64,000 nt of DNA from an uncultured cyanobacterium (GTDB taxonomy: Bacteria > Cyanobacteriota > Cyanobacteriia > Cyanobacteriales > CAWUOF01). Below are positions 35,405 to 45,116 of the stretch, one piece after another (positions within the stretch are counted from its first letter, which is position 1; each line of letters starts with the position of its first letter). The translations under genes and the position numbers were made by a program. The DNA lies in contig CAVUSO010000001.1 in the NCBI GenBank assembly GCA_963744145.1, positions 5,632,001 through 5,696,000 of the forward strand, in the 5' to 3' direction. The notes beneath the pieces are model-generated. The model worked only from the letters and a program-made list of their open reading frames with translations, ran no database searches and was not told the DNA's origin.

Positions 35405-35727
35405 AAAATTATCGTGACATTATCCAAAAAATTCTGACTGAATATGCTCAAATACCTTATGCTTATGGAGATATTCAGATTCAAACAGTTTTCGATCGCA
35501 ATTCCGACCATTATTTGCTCATGATCTTGGGACGTGAAAACGATATCAGAGTTCATGGATGCTTAGTTCATGTTGATATTATTGAGGGAAAAATTTGGAT
35601 TCAAAGAGATGGAACTGAACAAGGAATTGCCAATGAATTAGTAGCCGAGGGAATTGCCAAAGAACAGATTGTTTTGGGATTTCGTTCTCCGAATATTCGG
35701 CAGTACATAGGTTTTGCGATCAATTAA
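35392..35727 (+). CDS. xisI: XisI family protein
   Basis: DHYLL, HGCLVHVDI, KIWIQRDGTEQGIANEL, IVLGF. Confidence 0.92.
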   Translation: MGTLENYRDIIQKILTEYAQIPYAYGDIQIQTVFDRNSDHYLLMILGRENDIRVHGCLVHVDIIEGKIWIQRDGTEQGIANELVAEGIAKEQIVLGFRSPNIRQYIGFAIN

Positions 35728-35821
35728 ATGCAGTAATAAATATCCTCGACTAGAAATAATCACTTTTTTGGGCTATGATGTGATAATATTAGTCAACCAT
35801 TGAGATAAATTCCCTCAAAAT

Positions 35822-36097
35822 ATGAAAGCAAATATTACTGTTATTGTGAGTTCAGAGGGGAAGTTAGAAATTCCCCCAGAAATCGAAGCTCAACTCAATC
35901 CTGGCGATCGATATAGTGTAATTGTTACCGCAGATCGGATTGTTTTTCAGAAGGTAGTAGGTTTCGACTGGGAAGAATGGGAACGACGAGTAGAAGCAGC
36001 TAATCCCGATCCCGATGAGTTAACAATAGAAGAGATTTGCGAAATTGTGCGGGAAGTACGTCGCGAGAAACGTTTGGAAAGAGACTCACAACAATGA
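35822..36097 (+). CDS. AbrB/MazE-like antitoxin, copy 3
   Basis: Same N-terminus as copies 1 and 2; ATGA overlap with the PIN gene. Confidence 0.8.
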   Translation: MKANITVIVSSEGKLEIPPEIEAQLNPGDRYSVIVTADRIVFQKVVGFDWEEWERRVEAANPDPDELTIEEICEIVREVRREKRLERDSQQ

Positions 36098-36516
36098 AAA
36101 TTGTAGTGGATACAAATATATTTGTGTCAGGCTGGTTATGGGGAGGTATCCCTGCTCGTTTATTTAGGTTAGCAAGAAATTATCAACTCATAATTTGTAC
36201 TTCTGAACCAATACTAGCAGAATTAGAAACTACATTGGGTAAACAAAAAATACAGGTTAAATTACAATCTTTGAGTTTTACCATTAATGGTTTAATGAGC
36301 GGAACACGAGAGTTAGTGGAAGTTTACCCGATTTCTACTATCAATGTGCCTGAGTTAAGAGATTTTAATGATCAGATGATTTTAGCAACAGCGATCGCTG
36401 CTGAAGTTGATGTGATTGTGACTGGCGATCGCGATTTGCTAATTTTGCAGGAATATCAGGAGATTCCAATTATTACTGCTAGGGATTTTTTGGAGCGTTA
36501 TTTTCCAGAAAATTAA
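36094..36516 (+). CDS. PIN-domain (VapC-like) toxin
   Basis: MKIVVDTN, AELE, RDFNDQMIL, VTGDRDLL acidic motifs; start reassigned to ATG 36094. Confidence 0.9.
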   Translation: MKIVVDTNIFVSGWLWGGIPARLFRLARNYQLIICTSEPILAELETTLGKQKIQVKLQSLSFTINGLMSGTRELVEVYPISTINVPELRDFNDQMILATAIAAEVDVIVTGDRDLLILQEYQEIPIITARDFLERYFPEN

Positions 36517-36725
36517 GATTTGGTAATATGAAGCATCAGATTGTAGCAACGATCGCTATTTTTAGAAGCACTACGGGAAGATTTAATCAAAGCTATTCAG
36601 GATGGTAATCTGCCTAAAATCGCAAAATATTCAGACGGGTTATAACAAGAGGTCATGAATTAATATCTGACTTATATGCTATTCTAGATCAGAGAAAACT
36701 CAGATATTGGCGAGAAAAAAATTAA

Positions 36726-36886
36726 GTGGAGCGAATAGAAGCACTGATTTCTGAGCATCAGATTCAAACAATGGCAACCGATATGGCTTTAGAAATCCCA
36801 ACAATCACCAACTATACCAATCGTCGAGAATTTATAAAATTGCCACTAGAAGAGAAGCGCAATATTTTAGCAAAACAAGCTGAGGT
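36726..36886 (+). pseudogene. Truncated antitoxin fragment
   Basis: NYTNRREFIKLPLEEKRNILAKQAEV matches the copy-2 C-terminus and is then cut by repeat DNA. Confidence 0.65.
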
Positions 36887-37229
36887 AATAAGGATATTTT
36901 GGGAGATATCAACGAAGAATGGTGAAGCATTCGGGGATAATATTACTCCCCTTCGACTACGCTCAGGGTAAAGTTTGAGCGTTCAATTGTCACCCGAATG
37001 CTTCACCCCTACAATTAACTGAACCGTATTGCTTCGACTCCGCCTTTCGACTCCGCGAGCAGGTAAACTCAGGGTAAACTCAGGGTAAACGATCGCGAAC
37101 AGCAAGGAAACATCAACAGAACCCTTCGACAGGCTCAGGGCAAGTTTTGTCCGGATTCGTAGGGGCAAAGCATTTCGGCAGATCCGCGATCGGCTCAACG
37201 AAGAAAATTATGACCGAAATGCTTTGCCC
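36886..37229. repeat. Nested MITE/REP cluster
   Basis: GGTGAAGCATTCGGG..CCCGAATGCTTCACC hairpin; IS-type end TTAACTGAACCGTATTG; CTCAGGGTAAA units; copy 2 of the 123-bp repeat. Confidence 0.75.
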
Positions 37230-37375
37230 AAGCAGTTTGGTAGAAAGCGCGATCAGCTGAAACGGATTGACTTATAAAGCGCGATCGCACACCTGATTGT
37301 TGTTATATCAAAAATGAAAAGCGATCGCAAACTCTGTAATATTTATACAGTAAATATTTGACGCTTTCCACCTTA

Positions 37376-39478
37376 CTACTGTGTTACATTCAGCCCCATT
37401 TCAGCTAGAAATGGAGAGGGAATAGCATCCCGATTGCAAAACTGCCTACTCACAAGGATCAAAACCTTTCTCCTTGCGCGTGTAAAAGCAACATAAAAAA
37501 CTCGTCGTTCCGCTTCCTGCTCCTCTGGTGTTTCTGCGTTTCTATTCGGCCAGATATCATCATTCACATCCAGGAGGATCACGGAGTCGAATTCTTTACC
37601 TTTGGAACGAATTGCTGTCATCAAATGAACTGGTCTTGTCAAAAGCTCATCCGATGATGAAGGTTCATCATCATCAACTGGAGGAATATGAGCAAGTTGT
37701 TCCTTTGCCCGCTCAATATCATCAATAAATTGGTTGTAATCGTCTTCATATCTGATCGCATATTCTGCTAAGTGTAAAAATGGTGGATCGACGTAGAATA
37801 TATCGTCTTCAGCTTTACCAAGATCAATCTGTAAACCGCTAAAATTTTCCCCCAATTGACGAATTGACTCAGCCACAGTTTCTGCCTGAAGAAAACACCG
37901 AATGGAATCAGCCATAACTGAACTAATCCTGCCCTTGCTGTTTGCCTTTTCCCCCCTCAATGAGCCACGATATAGTTCGAGAGATTCCACTGCCTCTAAT
38001 ACTGTTGACAAACCTTCTGAGTTATTTAAATGCCTGCGAAGTGCTTGCCGATCAGGTTTACTTAGAGGGTATCTTTGAACAAGATCACAAAGTTCCAAGA
38101 TATCATTTACTACTTCTGTTCTACGCGGCTTAGTGTCATATCGGGTTTTAATTGTAATGAGGCTAATTATGCGCTCGAAAGCCTTACTCATAAATACTTG
38201 AAGATCCTCAGCTGCACAGAATGGTACGTTATTCGATGCAAAAAATATTTGGTATGGGATCAGTTGGCTACGTTTTCGCCCAATAATAGCAACACGAGCT
38301 GGATTATTCCCTCCTGCAATGAGATTTTGAATTTCAGTATGTACTCGTTCCATCGCTCTGTTCAAGTTTTCAGTCACTTGAACTTCTACTAAAGCAACAT
38401 CAGTTCTAGCAGCATAGATCGTTTTATTAACCCGCCTAGAATTTCTAGCTATTAGTCGTTGCGACATTTCGACAATATTACTAGGAGAGCGATAGTTTGT
38501 AGCCAATGTATATGTAGAGAAATCCATTTCAAAAAAGTCCTGTGGTCTCAGGATGTATTCAGGAGTCGCTCCACGCCATTCAAAAAGTGCTTGATCGTCA
38601 TCACCAACAATAGTAATGTTTGCTCGATTTCGCTGAACAATCGCTTTTAGCAGTGCAAGATCGAGCGGGTTAATGTCTTGGAATTCATCTACAAGTATAT
38701 GATCGTATCGAGCTGCCCCCGAAAGATAGCTATCTTCATCAAGCTTCTGACGTTCATTAAGATAAGCAAAGTATTTTTGATCTTCGATTGTAAATGTTTC
38801 ACTACTAATCAAGTGTTTTGTTGCATCTCGCCAAAATCGGAAAAAGTTGTTATAAATTTCACGGTTATTATTATTTTTAGATATAATTCCCAATCCTACA
38901 AGTAAACTACATATTTCGTTGAGCTTATGAGTAAGCCCTTGTGAACGAAGTTCATCGAGTCGCTTAACAAACTCTTCATAGTTTGTTTGACGGATATGAT
39001 CGAAGCCAATAGACTTGAATGAGTCTATTATTTCCATCAGTTTTTTTGGTCTAGTATTCTTCTTTTTGCCTTCTAATGCAGTTCTTACTATTTCATATTC
39101 AGACCTTATCCAAATCGGTCGAAGCTGATTACGCATTGTAAAAAAAAGGTCTTCGTTAGTAGTAATTAGCTTGGTGCTGGATGCAATATTTTTTATTCTT
39201 CGATATCCCCATGAATTTAGGGTTATGATCTCAATCCGATCTCGGAGCGATGCAAATCTGTTGTCTTCATTTAGTCGTGAACGAAGTTCCTGTTGAGCTA
39301 CCCTCGTGAATGTAAGAATCAGAAATCGTAGACGCTGAGGGTTCGCTTTTTCTGCAAGATACGCACACCGAAACAGTAGCGAAATAGTTTTACCGCATCC
39401 TGCTGGAGCAAGAAGCCGAATATTTTCATCGGGTGCTTCACAAAATTGCCTTTGTGATAAATCAAGTGTTATACACAT
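37376..39478 (-). CDS. UvrD/Rep-family SF1 helicase
   Basis: Q motif, APAGCGKT, LTFT, VDEFQD, VGDDDQ..WRGA, NYRS, SKGKEFD, ERRVFYVAFTRAR. Confidence 0.92.
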   Translation of the reverse strand: MCITLDLSQRQFCEAPDENIRLLAPAGCGKTISLLFRCAYLAEKANPQRLRFLILTFTRVAQQELRSRLNEDNRFASLRDRIEIITLNSWGYRRIKNIASSTKLITTNEDLFFTMRNQLRPIWIRSEYEIVRTALEGKKKNTRPKKLMEIIDSFKSIGFDHIRQTNYEEFVKRLDELRSQGLTHKLNEICSLLVGLGIISKNNNNREIYNNFFRFWRDATKHLISSETFTIEDQKYFAYLNERQKLDEDSYLSGAARYDHILVDEFQDINPLDLALLKAIVQRNRANITIVGDDDQALFEWRGATPEYILRPQDFFEMDFSTYTLATNYRSPSNIVEMSQRLIARNSRRVNKTIYAARTDVALVEVQVTENLNRAMERVHTEIQNLIAGGNNPARVAIIGRKRSQLIPYQIFFASNNVPFCAAEDLQVFMSKAFERIISLITIKTRYDTKPRRTEVVNDILELCDLVQRYPLSKPDRQALRRHLNNSEGLSTVLEAVESLELYRGSLRGEKANSKGRISSVMADSIRCFLQAETVAESIRQLGENFSGLQIDLGKAEDDIFYVDPPFLHLAEYAIRYEDDYNQFIDDIERAKEQLAHIPPVDDDEPSSSDELLTRPVHLMTAIRSKGKEFDSVILLDVNDDIWPNRNAETPEEQEAERRVFYVAFTRARRKVLILVSRQFCNRDAIPSPFLAEMGLNVTQ

Positions 39479-39738
39479 TTTAAGATTCTCTCAAGAAAGT
39501 AAGTTAATCAGTAGCGTGCAAAAAGCATTTCTAATTACGATTTTTGCCAGGAATATCTAGCTTTAAGACAGGTTGGCTATTAATCTGATAAAAATTCCAG
39601 ATTTTCTCTTGCAATAAATTAACCCTTAATATTAATTTAGTACATCATTACAAATTTAAGTTCTGCTATCTCTGCCGCGTTCCGTATTCTGTTTAAATCT
39701 CAACAAACACGGAAAGCCGTAGGGACAATCAATCTCTA

Positions 39739-40776
39739 TTAGTTTGCTGCTATTCTGATATCAGGAGAGCATAAAATATGAGATTCTGCGCGAAAAAAAA
39801 TTATGTCTTGTCGATTCATTACGCTTTCCCAATAGATTTTTTGCTGCTTTATATCTCCGTCATCTGCGGTTATGGAAATAGCTACTGTCTCAGGTTTTGA
39901 TTCAACAATTGCGTCTAAAAGGTGTTTATTAAAATCAGGAGAATTGTTTTCCTGGTTTGACTCAAGATTCAGTGGATTGCCAAGTATAACAAGTTTACCC
40001 GTGTTTTGTTTAAATCTGTTATAAGCAAACAACAGATAAGTGCACTTATCAATAAATTTGCGCTTGTCTCTAAATGTACCCTCTGCCATGATCAATGGTC
40101 GAATAGTTCGCTCTCTCCAGAGTGTTTCACACTGTTCTAAGATGGTTTTTTCTCGTTGATAGGCAATTTTTCGGATCTCTTCTCCTTGAGAATATAAATG
40201 TAATCCCCCATGAAGATAAAAAACCCTTAACCAGTTATCCTCTTGACTGAAGCTTTCATCGAATTTGTCAACATTAAAATAGTCTCGAAAGCCCGTAGTA
40301 CTTTCATCTGACATAAGGCTCCAGTAAATCAGCAAATCATAACCTGTATAAAACAGGTTTTGATACTTCAATAGTTCTTCTTTAATCTTGATTAATAAGT
40401 CTGGTTGGATTGTTTCCCAAAGAATATGAACTCGTTTGATAGCGTGGGTTAGAGAGCGTTGGATATTCTGATAACGCTCGTCTATTATCTTGCGAATCTC
40501 TGAACCTGCCTGTATGTTTAAAAGATTATCGACTACCATTTTGGTAGTCGAAAGAGTTGCTAGGACTTTTTCAAAGTTTTTAGTATCTAGAGCCTTAAAA
40601 AGTTGTTGATCTTCTGCTGACAAGTAATTGCCGCCATTATTTTCTAATGATGCCTCTTGATACAAGGATGAATTTTGGAAACGATCCCACACTGCACAAC
40701 TAAAGCCTTTGCCCAACAAAAGACTTGTTTCCTTGTTTTCAAAATCTTTTTTAATGTCTTTCCATTCATTACTCAT
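39739..40776 (-). CDS. DUF4917 / SIR2-like protein
   Basis: LLLGKGFS, YDLLIYW, YLHGGLHLY, PLIMAEGT, YLLFAY. Confidence 0.72.
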   Translation of the reverse strand: MSNEWKDIKKDFENKETSLLLGKGFSCAVWDRFQNSSLYQEASLENNGGNYLSAEDQQLFKALDTKNFEKVLATLSTTKMVVDNLLNIQAGSEIRKIIDERYQNIQRSLTHAIKRVHILWETIQPDLLIKIKEELLKYQNLFYTGYDLLIYWSLMSDESTTGFRDYFNVDKFDESFSQEDNWLRVFYLHGGLHLYSQGEEIRKIAYQREKTILEQCETLWRERTIRPLIMAEGTFRDKRKFIDKCTYLLFAYNRFKQNTGKLVILGNPLNLESNQENNSPDFNKHLLDAIVESKPETVAISITADDGDIKQQKIYWESVMNRQDIIFFRAESHILCSPDIRIAAN

Positions 40777-40992
40777 TTCTGCACCTATTACTAACTAAAG
40801 GTATCCGACTAATGTTTAGCTTTATCACTTATATGATAACTTAAATATTTAAAATTTAATATCATCAAAACTCATAAATTATCACTAATTAAACTTAGGA
40901 ATTCATATCATAAAAATTCATGTTTTTTCCCTAATCTCATAAAATGTCATAAGCTTTGGTACAATAAGGAAATTACTCCAATTTATCTGACT

Positions 40993-42399
40993 ATGGACAT
41001 TAAGGAAGTGTTAAAATTCGCCGACGACTTGGTTTTAGCCAAAACTGGCAAACACTTAGATAACCTACAACAGGCTATATTGCTCGCAAGTTGGCAAGGT
41101 AAAAGATATTCCCAAGTTGCTAAAGACTTTCATTGCACTGAACGTCATGTTGGAAATATCGCCTCAAAATTATGGAAAATTATGTCAGAAATATTAGAAG
41201 AGAATATCAGTAAATCTACTTTTCAGTCTGCAATTGAAAGATATCAAGTTTCTAATGTATCAAATTTCGGTCAGCTTAATTTAGTACAAAAAGGCAACAT
41301 TAGAGTTTGCACGGAAACCTCACATCCTCCCAAAACTCCACAAAACTCGCCCCCAGCACAAACCTCAAATAAAGCCAACACCGAACAAAAACCACGACTT
41401 GATTTAAGAGACGCACCCGACGATCTCAAAACTTTCTATCACCATCCATCCCTTACCACCATCGAAAGTGCGATCGCTCAAAACTCTCGTCTCATAACTA
41501 TCACAGGTATGAGTGGCACCGGAAAAAGCGCGATCGCTCGTCACCTAATCCCCCAAATTCAAACTCAATTTGATTGTATCATCTGGCGCAGTCTCCGCAC
41601 ATCTCCACCCCTAGAAACTACCCTCAAAAACCTGATTCAATTTCTCTCAAATCAACCAGAAATTAACATACCCACTAACACCGACTCTCAGCTCGCAATC
41701 CTGATCGAATATTTGCGCGATCGCACCTCTCTAATTATCCTAGATGATGTACAACAAATCCTCAACAGTGAACAACTTGCAGGCAATTATAAACCTGGAT
41801 ATGAAAATTATGGAACCCTATTTAAACTAATCGGTGAAATCCCTCATCATAGCTGCTTCATCCTCAATAGTTGGGAACCACCTTCAGATATTCTCACCTT
41901 CACCGAAGATCATTCAGCAGTACGTTTATTACCATTAATTGGTTTAGGTGAAGCAGCTACTGAACTTCTCCAAGAAAAAGGTTTATTAGATCAAGAATAT
42001 TTTCCAGAATTAATTAACCTTTATCAAGGTAATCCCCTCTGGTTAAAATTAGTTGCTCAAACTATTAATAACTTATTTAGCGGTAGAGTATCTCAATATT
42101 TAAACTATGAATCAGTATTATTAAGCGACGAATTGAAACCAATATTACATCAGCATTATCAGCGGTTATCCGAGGGAGAAAAACAAGCGATCACGCAACT
42201 TAGTCAGGAAAATGAAACGATCTCGCTGACTCAATTTCTGGCAAAATATCAAGGGGAATCGAATTTATTGACAGCAATTCAATCTTTAGCAAGACGGGGA
42301 ATGATCGCAAAATTTAGCAATGAAACTGAAACAGTGTTCACGATTCAATATATATTGAAAAAATATGTTAAAATTGTCGGCGAAATCATTATGTCTTGA
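40993..42399 (+). CDS. NB-ARC (STAND) NTPase with N-terminal HTH, no C-terminal repeats
   Basis: HLDNLQQAIL..KLWK HTH; GMSGTGKS; IWRSL; IILDD; YQGNPLWL. Confidence 0.85.
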   Translation: MDIKEVLKFADDLVLAKTGKHLDNLQQAILLASWQGKRYSQVAKDFHCTERHVGNIASKLWKIMSEILEENISKSTFQSAIERYQVSNVSNFGQLNLVQKGNIRVCTETSHPPKTPQNSPPAQTSNKANTEQKPRLDLRDAPDDLKTFYHHPSLTTIESAIAQNSRLITITGMSGTGKSAIARHLIPQIQTQFDCIIWRSLRTSPPLETTLKNLIQFLSNQPEINIPTNTDSQLAILIEYLRDRTSLIILDDVQQILNSEQLAGNYKPGYENYGTLFKLIGEIPHHSCFILNSWEPPSDILTFTEDHSAVRLLPLIGLGEAATELLQEKGLLDQEYFPELINLYQGNPLWLKLVAQTINNLFSGRVSQYLNYESVLLSDELKPILHQHYQRLSEGEKQAITQLSQENETISLTQFLAKYQGESNLLTAIQSLARRGMIAKFSNETETVFTIQYILKKYVKIVGEIIMS

Positions 42400-42446
42400 A
42401 AAACAGATATACTGAATGACAGTGTGCAGGGAGTTTTTAATTTCCA

Positions 42447-44228
42447 ATGAACCAAATTTTCCGCTTATCGATTCTAGCAGTTTTTATGTCATCTCCCGTT
42501 TGGGCTAATGAGCAACCTCTTTATATCGCTTATCCTCCCCAAAACTATGAAACCACAGCAAACCAAATATTTTTACTGGGGACAGCACCACCCACGGGAG
42601 AGGTATTGTTAAATGGTCAACCGATCGCACGTAGTGAAGCTGGACATTTTGGTCCTAGTTTACCTTTACAACTAGGAGAAAATATTTTTAATTTTCACTA
42701 CCAAAATCAAGATATTTCCCTAAAAGTAATTCGTAAACCTATTACCGATCCACCAATTGTCGGATTAGGGTTTGCCCAAAATTCTTTAACTCCCCAAGTA
42801 AATTTAGTCAGAAAACCAGGGGAAGTGATTTGTTTTAATGCGATCGCACCCAATCAATCTAATGTTTCGGTATTACTCTCAGGTCAAACTATTCCCTTAA
42901 TTCCTCAATCTCAAATTCTGCTCCCAGAAAACTCTGGGGTACTGACGAATAATTCCCAACCAATTGATTCTGGATCGATTAATCGCGATCGGCAATTTAA
43001 TTCAGTTTATCAAGGTTGTACAAGAGTTAATATCTCCGGAGATTTAGGACAACCTGAATATCGTTTGACCCTCAATAATCAAACGATTAGTCAAACTGCT
43101 CCGGGACAAATTTCGATTCTTTCTCCACTGCAATTTAATATTGCTGAAGTAACTGCTGAATCCGGTACGACTAGAACTGGACCAAGTAGTGATTATTCGC
43201 GTTTAACGCCTTTACCTAAAGGTACTCAAGCAGTAATAACTGGTCGTGAAGGAGACTGGTTACGTCTAGATTATGGTGCTTGGATTAAAAGTCAGGAAAC
43301 TCGCTCTTTCTCCAGTGCAATTCCCCTCCGTTCGATCATTCGGGGAGTTACATCTCGTCAAGTGGATGGTGCGACAGAAATTTTATTTCCTTTAGAAGTT
43401 CCTGTACCAGTAGCAATCTCCCAGGGAACTAATACCTTTACTCTCACTCTTTATGATACTATTGCTCAAACTGATATTATTCGCTTAAATGATGATCCCT
43501 TAATTTCTCGTCTAGATTGGCACCAAATCGCACCAGAAACGATCGAATATAAATTTAATCTCAAAACTGCTCAACAGTGGGGTTATCATCTGGAATATCG
43601 CGGTACAACTTTGGTGTTATCCTTACGTCATCCACCAAAAATTCAGCTTGATCAAAAAAGTTCTTTACCTTTAAGTGGAATTCGGATTGTCATCGATCCA
43701 GGACATGGTGGTCCAGAGGATCTCGGAGGAGTTGGACCAACAGGTGAGCGCGAAAAACAATTTACTTTAATTATTAGTAAATTAGTCCGCGATCGCTTAT
43801 TAGCAAAGGGAGCAACAGTATATATGACTAGAGAAACCGATGTAGATCTAGATTTACCCCCCCGTGTTGCTCTAATTGAAAAACAACAACCAGCGATCGC
43901 AATTTCGTTTCATTATAATGCTTTACCTGATCAGGGAGATGTTTTTCATACTAAAGGTGTAGGAGCTTTTTGGTATCAACCCCAAGCTCATAGTCTAGCA
44001 GTATTTCTCCATAATTATCTGATTCAAAAACTTGGTCGTCCCGACTATGGCGTTTTTTGGGATAATTTAGCCCTCACTCGTCCAGCGATCGCACCTTCAA
44101 TATTGTTAGAATTAGGGTTTATGACGAATCCCTTTGAATTTGAATGGGTAAAAGATCCCCAAGCACAACAGCAATTAGCTGATGCGATCGCGGAAGGGAT
44201 TACTCTCTGGTTTACGCAAGTTCTCTAA
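42447..44228 (+). CDS. N-acetylmuramoyl-L-alanine amidase
   Basis: Signal peptide; SH3-like RTGPS..W; IDPGHGG, SFHYNA, LLELGFM. Confidence 0.92.
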   Translation: MNQIFRLSILAVFMSSPVWANEQPLYIAYPPQNYETTANQIFLLGTAPPTGEVLLNGQPIARSEAGHFGPSLPLQLGENIFNFHYQNQDISLKVIRKPITDPPIVGLGFAQNSLTPQVNLVRKPGEVICFNAIAPNQSNVSVLLSGQTIPLIPQSQILLPENSGVLTNNSQPIDSGSINRDRQFNSVYQGCTRVNISGDLGQPEYRLTLNNQTISQTAPGQISILSPLQFNIAEVTAESGTTRTGPSSDYSRLTPLPKGTQAVITGREGDWLRLDYGAWIKSQETRSFSSAIPLRSIIRGVTSRQVDGATEILFPLEVPVPVAISQGTNTFTLTLYDTIAQTDIIRLNDDPLISRLDWHQIAPETIEYKFNLKTAQQWGYHLEYRGTTLVLSLRHPPKIQLDQKSSLPLSGIRIVIDPGHGGPEDLGGVGPTGEREKQFTLIISKLVRDRLLAKGATVYMTRETDVDLDLPPRVALIEKQQPAIAISFHYNALPDQGDVFHTKGVGAFWYQPQAHSLAVFLHNYLIQKLGRPDYGVFWDNLALTRPAIAPSILLELGFMTNPFEFEWVKDPQAQQQLADAIAEGITLWFTQVL

Positions 44229-44256
44229 AATATTAAAAGGATCGCGCAGTAAATCA

Positions 44257-44279
44257 AAAAACCAGGCATTTAGCCTGGT
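44257..44279 (-). terminator. Intrinsic terminator between convergent genes
   Basis: AAAAACCAGGC-ATTTA-GCCTGGT. Confidence 0.6.
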
Positions 44280-44337
44280 AAAATCAATCATGGAATTCTA
44301 AAAAGCGATCGTCACTTGAGGAGGAAAATACTTATGG

Positions 44338-44799
44338 TTAGTTAGATTGACCACCATGTCCAGAATGTCCAGGATGGTTTTGTTTCCACTGAGCTCTCAT
44401 TTGCTCTAACTGCTGTTGTTGTTGAGGTGTTAAAAGTGCTTTAATTTGAGAACGGGTAGATTCATGAATTTGTTTGAGTTGAGCCTTTTGATCAGAAGAG
44501 AGATTCAACTGGGGACGTTTGTGCTGTTGTCTAGCCTGTTGTAGTGCTGTTTTTTGCTCAGGTGTGAAAATAGCGTCTCTTTGTTGTTTAGCACTCTCCC
44601 GAATTTGTTTAATTTGGTTTTTTTGGTCAGGAGTTAAGTTTAATTTATCCCAGAAACCTCCCTTTTTCCATTGATGATGATCTTGAGTGTTTTGAGTGTC
44701 TTGAGCGTTTGCTGGAGCAATCAAGGGAGCAATAATCGGTGCAGCAGCAAGAGTAAGAGCAATGACACCAGGTAACAAGAAAGCAGCTTTGAGTTTCAT
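44338..44799 (-). CDS. Spy/CpxP (LTXXQ) family periplasmic protein
   Basis: Signal peptide; LTPDQ, FTPEQ, LSSDQ, LTPQQ repeats. Confidence 0.88.
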   Translation of the reverse strand: MKLKAAFLLPGVIALTLAAAPIIAPLIAPANAQDTQNTQDHHQWKKGGFWDKLNLTPDQKNQIKQIRESAKQQRDAIFTPEQKTALQQARQQHKRPQLNLSSDQKAQLKQIHESTRSQIKALLTPQQQQQLEQMRAQWKQNHPGHSGHGGQSN

Positions 44800-45116
44800 G
44801 GTTGAGAATTTATTGATTAGGTTTGTTGTGGTTGTCTTTCAACCTACTTACATCCTATTGATTATAACTGTATTATAATAGTGTAAACAGTAATGGTTTT
44901 GAGCATGATAAAAGTAATGGTTTTGAGGATGATCAAAGTTATATTATGATTAACTTCAATCAAAAACGCTTGATGGTTATTTGATCACTCCCTGGTCTAG
45001 GGTGAATATTTGGAGGCGATCGCGTTTAATTTCTCCTTAACCTTGATCACAAATTTTTTGATTAAAATTGGCTCTAATCCCAATTCACCATCAAGCTATA
45101 CTAAATATATTTATCA

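Noticed and set aside
35392..35727. Heterocyst fdxN excision element
   Set aside because: No XisF recombinase and xisH is only a remnant; xisHI pairs are commonly dispersed
37376..39478. Gabija system
   Set aside because: No adjacent OLD-family nuclease (GajA)
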